A DNA stretch of 58,912 nucleotides, taken from positions 1 through 58,912 of the forward strand of contig JAUCBJ010005532.1 in assembly GCA_032718475.1 (NCBI GenBank). The letters are read 5' to 3'. How positions within the stretch are numbered: position 1 is the stretch's first letter; each line of letters starts with the position of its first letter. This document shows positions 53,331 to 58,912 of the stretch, piece by piece. The stretch is from Nemertoderma westbladi. Taxonomy: Eukaryota; Animalia; Xenacoelomorpha. The translations under genes and the position numbers were made by a program. Under the pieces are notes generated by a model, which was not told the origin of the DNA, did no database searches, and saw only the letters and a program-made list of their open reading frames with translations.

Positions 53331-56233
53331 CTAGGCTAGCATTTTTTTTTGATATCATGGATTCTTTAGTTAGGCTTTACTGCCCGTTCTGTACAAAACA
53401 AAGAGGTAAGTCGAGTTAGGTCATCCCAAAGAGTGTTAGATCCCAAAGAACATTAGGTCCCATTGCCAAAGAACGTTAGGTCACAAAGAGCGTTAGGTCC
53501 CATTGCTATTTAAAGGAGCAGGTTACTAAAGGAGCAGGTTACAGAGGCGTCTTGGGGGGAACAAAAAAGTTAACACAATGTTCCAAGAATATGCAGGATA
53601 ATTGGTCTTTGATCTTTGTTTTGTACTCACCAAAATTTTATATTAGAATTTCCAAGTGATATTAATATTAAAAAGCCTTTCAGAAAATTGGAATTGTTAC
53701 ACAAAATTTATGATGAGACATTCATTTGATATTTACTATTTTGAGCGGATAGGCAAACAATTACATGTGTCAGATAATTAAATTACCTAATAAATCTACC
53801 ATAATGTTATGAATCAGTGAACGGTATTAATTCACCATGACATCCTTGGGGTATAACGGCCGAGATAGAAGGTTCCAGCTTACTTTACCATGTACTCAAG
53901 GGACAATTGAAATAAATTCAAGTATGGAGCATTCACTTTAATATATGGGGCAGCGATAAATAGAATATGAACTCCTTTAGGCCTGTAAGCTAATTACCCA
54001 AGGGAGAAACTTAGAATAGCAGAAGTAATATCAGTTGTATCCTGTTTTCTCGAACTGCCTAAGTGGGCCAAACTGAAGCGAGTTGGGATAAATTTAACGG
54101 CCAATGACTTTGAATTTAATCAGTAGTTAATGGAAACTAAGTACATAGGTCAAAGGAGTTCATCTTTGTTAGTCTAAAATTTTTATAACAGTTAGTTAAA
54201 TTTTAACACAATTACTTAAATTAACTTGAAACTTTCACAAATACTAAATAAAATATTAAATGTTGTCTCAACTAGTTATATTGTACGACAATGTCATACA
54301 ATTCTGAACAAAATATTGGAAATATGCCACTGCGAAATTTTCTGAAATTTGTTGATTTTTTTATTCTTCTACTTTTGTGACTTGATAGAAGTAAAGGGTT
54401 TTCATGTGGTGACATCGGTTTTCACCATTGATTAATTTTTACCCACAAAACAGAATATTATAACAACATAATATTATATTGCGTTATATTATATATTGTG
54501 TTAATATATTTCAGAACAGTAGCTATAAAAATTAAAAAAATTGATTTGGGGTGATACCCCCCTTAATAAGGTTTTCTGTAACACCACTGTGTAATCAAAG
54601 TGTATATCTTCAATTAAGTTTTTTTTAAAGAAAATACAGTGTGATACCAAAAAAAAACAATTCATTTAACATTCCAGGAACAACTAACTGACTACATCAT
54701 TAAATATTTATGTCACATTTACTTAGCGTCATATAAGGAGAAAAGCAGTAAAAATAGTCAAAAATAGGGTTGTTTTAAACACAACCTTAATCAATAATTG
54801 TTGTTGTTGTTGTGAGTTACTAGCTATCTAGGTCATTATTAGTTTTCAATTACAGGTGTTTCAAATCCTTAATTTAATTCTGTATAAATTGTCATGCTTG
54901 GTTGCATGACAATACGTATTTATTATTAATGAATTACAGTGTGCGGCAACATCAATAAAACAGTAATATATTCAATAATATGAATAATTATATTTATTAA
55001 TAATAATATATTCAGAGATTGCGTCGATGGCAATATTTCGTTACAGAATTATTGCCATTACGAATCACACGACGATCAATTTAGTATTATTCCTACCAGC
55101 CAAGTGTAGAATAATCCCTGGATTAACTCATTGTAATATAAAGTAATTGTAATTGTAATATAAAGTAATTGGTAACTACCAAGAGATTTAATGTGTGTTG
55201 CGTGATTAAATGTCCTTTTTATATTTTTAAATTAAATCTTTTCTGGCATATAATATAATTAATTTGCTCACGTCTACCCCCCAGGGATACAGTTAGTCCC
55301 AGTTATCTTGATAATGCCTTTAATCCCTGGATACCTTCGTATCCCCAACCACGTGTCTGCTATGCTAAGGGGACTTCCATTGTCGACTTTTGTTTTAATT
55401 GGTCGTTAGTTATAATATATTAAATGCTGTTTAAAAATAGATTTGGCGGTGTTGTGTTGTAATCTATGTGAATCAGTATACTTATTTTATTTTCAAGTCG
55501 GCATGGAATGAAATACGCCGTGAAATAACTTCATATAACTGAAAATAAACGACATGTTCGATTTAAATTAAGTACCCGTATTTCACTTTCAGGTTCTCAT
55601 TTCATATTTCACTCAATCGCTTTTTCGTGACTTTTCACAAAATTTAATTGGCTATCCAACAGAGCAAATGCCATTTACATGGCTATGTTAGTTTTCGTGC
55701 TGTGGTCCCTTTCTGGCAACCATCTCAGTGCCAGAAATGGTTTCACCAACAATAACCGTATATTCAAAAAGACAAACAAGCCAATTAAGGCTATTGTTGA
55801 CGTTACAAGTATGGCACAGAAATCAGCAATCAACAAAACCGGTATTCACAATATTTTCCCATCAACATTTATATTATTATTATTTAACACCAAAACCAAG
55901 GGCCAAAAACACCTTTACGCTAATGCGAAAATCGTGATCGTTAGTTACTTATCTACTTTTGGGACACTGATCACAAATATAACACTCAAAGATATCATAT
56001 TATGCAACCAAAATCGATTTTTGCCATTTTAAATTATATGCTAATTTTTTTTCGTCCCACCAGACAGGCCTCAAAAAAGATATCTGCGATAAGGATCTTC
56101 GTAATACAACTTTTAAACGATAAAAACATATGATTATTTTAATGACTATCTAAATTTCAGGAAAAGAAATAGGAAAAACTATTACAGTATTTAAAAAATT
56201 TGTAATGACAGGTTTTGATTGCTTTTGCTCTAG

Positions 56234-56377
56234 ACGTCTTTCCTCCAACCGAATTAGTAAAGTTACTATACCTATGCTGGATAACTGCACCAGCCTTACC
56301 GTCCTTCATCTGGACAACAATCGGATCGCCACGATAGAACCGGGATCCTTCGCCGATGCTGTGGCTCTCAACGAACT
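56234..56377 (+). CDS. Internal coding exon (144 nt, two 24-aa LRRs) of a relaxin-receptor-like (RXFP / type C LGR) GPCR
   Basis: Acceptor ttttgctctAG and donor GTGAGT, phase 2/2, length 2x72 nt. Translates to RLSSNRISKVTIPMLDNCTSLTVLHLDNNRIATIEPGSFADAVALNE(L), containing LxxLxLxxNxI motifs. It resembles, from memory, the RXFP1 segment ...SCSNLTVL...LDEL. Not in the ORF track. Confidence 0.9.
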
Positions 56378-57769
56378 GTGAGTAGATCTGTGAGCTCTCA
56401 GCGAACTGTGAGTAGATCTGTGAGCTCTCAACGAACTGTGAGTAGATCTGTGAGCTCTCAACGAACTGTGAGTAGATCTGTGAGCTCTCAACGAACTGTG
56501 AGTAGATCTGTGAGCTCTCAACGAACTGTGAGTAGATCTGTGAGCTCTCAACGAACTGTGAGTAGATCTGTGAGCTCTCAACGAACTGTGAGTAGATCTG
56601 TGAGCTCTCAACGAACTGTGAGTAGATCTGTGAGCTCTCAACGAACTGTGAGTAGATCTGTGAGCTCTCAACGAACTGTGAGTAGATCTGTGAGCTCTCA
56701 ACGAACTGTGAGTAGATCTGTGAGCTCTCAACGAACTGTGAGTAGATCTGTGAGCTCTCAACGAACTGTGAGTAGATCTGTGAGCTCTCAACGAACTGTG
56801 AGTAGATCTGTGAGCTCTCAACGAACTGTGAGTAGATCTGTGAGCTCTCAACGAACTGTGAGTAGATCTGTGAGCTCTCAACGAACTGTTAGTAGATCTG
56901 TGAGCTCTCAACGAACTGTGAGTAGATCTGTGAGCTCTCAACGAACTGTGAGTAGATCTGTGAGCTCTCAACGAACTGTGAGTAGATCTGTGAGCTCTCA
57001 ACGAACTGTGAGTAGATCTGTGAGCTCTCAACGAACTGTGAGTAGATCTGTGAGCTCTCAACGAACTGTGAGTAGATCTGTGAGCTCTCAACGAACTGTG
57101 AGTAGATCTGTGAGCTCTCAACGAGCTGTGAGTAGATCTGTGAGCTCTCAACGAACTGTGAGTAGATCTGTGAGCTCTCAACGAACTGTGAGTAGATCTG
57201 TGAGCTGTCAACGAGCTGTGAGTAGATCTGTGAGCTCTCAACGAACTGTGAGTAGATCTGTGAGCTCTCAACGAACTGTGAGTAGATCTGTGAGCTCTCA
57301 ACGAACTGTGAGTAGATCTGTGAGCTCTCAACGAACTGTGAGTAGATCTGTGAGCTCTCAACGAACTGTGAGTAGATCTGTGAGCTCTCAACGAACTGTG
57401 AGTAGATCTGTGAGCTCTCAACGAACTGTGAGTAGATCTGTGAGCTCTCAACGAACTGTGAGTAGATCTGTGAGCTCTCAACGAACTGTGAGTAGATCTG
57501 TGAGCTCTCAACGAACTGTGAGTAGATCTGTGAGCTCTCAACGAACTGTGAGTATATATGTGAGCTTTCTACGAACTGTGAGTAGATCTGTGAGCTCTCA
57601 ACGAACTGTGAGTAGATCTGTGAGCTCTCAACGAACTGTGAGTAGATCTGTGAGCTCTCAACGAACTGTGAGTGGATCTGTGAGCTCTTAACGAACTGTG
57701 AGTGGATCTATGAGCTCTCTACGAACTCTGAGTAGATCTGTGAGCTCTAAACGAACTGTGAGTAGATCT
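56364..57769 (+). repeat. 30-bp minisatellite (~47 copies) spanning the exon/intron junction
   Basis: Unit GCTCTCAACGAACT|GTGAGTAGATCTGTGA. The first copy is the last 14 nt of the exon plus the donor site. The period is exactly 30 from 56378 to 57758, and substitutions concentrate at the distal end. Confidence 0.98.
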
Positions 57770-58406
57770 ATAATCATTTAACTCAGCACATATTTAAGTA
57801 CATCATCGAAATGGTATCATTATTAGCCAGCTGTTACTGAATATCTTTATTTAATTTCAGAGATTTGAATGATGTTCAAATATTGGACTTTTTAAAAAGA
57901 ACCCAAATTTTAAAGATAAATTTCCCCTTCCCCAGGTCCTATCGTATGTGTTAAGTAATAATTGGATGTCATTGTTGGGCATTTATTTGCCTTAAATAAT
58001 TTATCAAGGATGGGGAAATCTAACAGAAATTATCCTCTTGTTGGTCAGTTTATTTCGATCTATTTTTACAGCAGAATATTCCAAACCAATATTTATTAAT
58101 TTCAGACGTTATAACATAAAAAGTATCATAATAAGTTTAAGGTTTGTCTTTGAATATAGATTATGGGAGTAATTAAAGCTTTTTATTGATGCTCCTTTAT
58201 TATTTCAATATATTTTCCTTCATCTAGATTTTGGAATGAGTCTATGAAAATCGCCTTGTCCTTTTAAATTCCCCGTTCAAAACATCTTCAAATGATAATA
58301 ATTGTATATCAAACTGTATTTCGGTACTTATTCAAAGTATATAACGTATAAGATACTTTCAAACCAAACAACTTATTGTAACTCTAAAAATTTCCATTTT
58401 TTTCAG
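56378..58406 (+). other. Phase-2 GT-AG intron (2029 bp) of the LRR-GPCR gene
   Basis: GTGAGT at 56378 and a pyrimidine tract ccatttttttcAG ending at 58406. Splicing joins CT+A to give Leu and a continuous LRR (ALNEL-HLSHNNI). Confidence 0.85.
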
Positions 58407-58622
58407 ACATCTTTCTCATAACAACATCCGACACCTTCGCCCCGACACATTCGTCAATGTCAGACAGTTGACCCGTCTCGAGCTCTCCTTCAATCCAATT
58501 AATGAACTTCCACTTACTATATTCGATCCCTTGCGTGAACTAACGGCGTTATATCTATTTGGTCTAACTATAGACAACATTAACATCAGGCATTTCAGCA
58601 ATTTGACTAAATTAGAACACAT
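58407..58622 (+). CDS. Internal coding exon (216 nt, three LRR units) of the same RXFP / type C LGR-like GPCR; last LRRs before the hinge
   Basis: Acceptor tttttttcAG and donor GTGAGT at 58623, phase 2/2, length 3x72 nt. Translates to HLSHNNIRHLRPDTFVNVRQLTRLELSFNPINELPLTIFDPLRELTALYLFGLTIDNINIRHFSNLTKLEH(I/M). It resembles, from memory, RXFP1 ...LSYNPI...LSLEGIEISNIQQRMF...LSHI. Confidence 0.92.
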
Positions 58623-58701
58623 GTGAGTTTGGGTGAATTGTTGGTACTGTAGTGGATGTTTGTTGAGGGTGAGTAGGTTGGGCAGTACATGGTTATGCTA
58701 G

Positions 58702-58894
58702 TCTATATATGTTATAGCCGGTCGTCCACGACTACGCTTTCTATTGTTGGTGCCAGAAAAGTAGACTCTGGTATGACCGCGTCTTTACTTCGCCAGCAGT
58801 GCCCACTGAATCTTAATCTGCGTTCACGGAGGGTGGTTGATACATGTGGTATTGTACCATAAAGCTCGGCGTTTGTCAGTGTTGTCTCCAGCTG
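58702..58894 (-). mobile_element. Short internal fragment of the same RTE LINE family
   Basis: Aligns by eye to 51186-51380 (TCTATATATGTTAT..GCCGGTCGTCCACGACTACGCTTT...GTTGTCTCCAGCTG) with scattered substitutions and small indels. Confidence 0.92.
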
Positions 58895-58912
58895 TGAAAG
58901 TAGTTGATTTTC

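Noticed and set aside
53542-54589. Possible hAT-like element bounded by CAGAGGCGT ... ACACCACTG
   Set aside because: The inverted match is only 7 of 9 bases and there is no matching 8-bp target-site duplication.
55016-55135. Possible upstream exon (ttcAG...DCVDGN... or ...KCRIIPGLTH)
   Set aside because: One frame has an internal TAG, and the other lacks an LRR core and a phase-compatible Leu-splitting donor.
55679-56032. 117-aa and 69-aa ORFs, plus ORFs antisense to the LINE and to the second LRR exon
   Set aside because: They have no recognisable domains, and the antisense ORFs are shadows of real coding sequence.
56306-57691. 411-aa and 437-aa ORFs (RAHRSTHSSL / SRSVSSQRTV repeats)
   Set aside because: These are by-products of the 30-bp minisatellite. 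The frame continuous with the real exon hits TGA immediately.
57861-57935. Possible extra exon (tttcAG|A GAT TTG AAT..., DLNDVQIL)
   Set aside because: It has a poor LRR match and a weak donor, and the two flanking exons already join into a continuous LRR series.

Overview
AT-rich eukaryotic (metazoan, probably invertebrate) genomic DNA; the species cannot be determined from this window. From left to right: (1) 1-1539 is the right-hand part of a non-autonomous piggyBac-like DNA transposon ending ...AGGG|TTAA, with subterminal palindromes and five diverged ~162-bp internal repeats. Its TTAA is also the TTAA of a satellite unit. (2) 1540-~50485 is a ~49-kb array of ~1165 copies of a 42-bp unit, with variant zones, higher-order duplications and no net phase shift until a 1-bp insertion at ~49991. 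(3) A 5'-truncated, disrupted RTE-clade LINE lies on the minus strand with a duplicated 3' end. (4) Two phase-2 leucine-rich-repeat (LRR) exons on the + strand (56234-56377, 58407-58622) resemble the ectodomain of a relaxin-receptor-like (RXFP/type C LGR) GPCR. (5) A 30-bp minisatellite copies the end of the first exon plus its splice donor ~47 times. (6) A second short RTE fragment lies near the window end. The most interesting signal is that the tandem arrays may be built from the LRR gene's own splice junctions. This is directly visible for the 30-mer (donor side). For the 42-mer it is an inference: the unit reads AG|C-TAT-TTA-ATG-TCT-AAC-AAA-CTA (YLMSNKLxSV), matching the register of this gene's phase-2 LRR exon starts. 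The many long repetitive ORFs in the ORF track are treated as artefacts of unit lengths divisible by 3.
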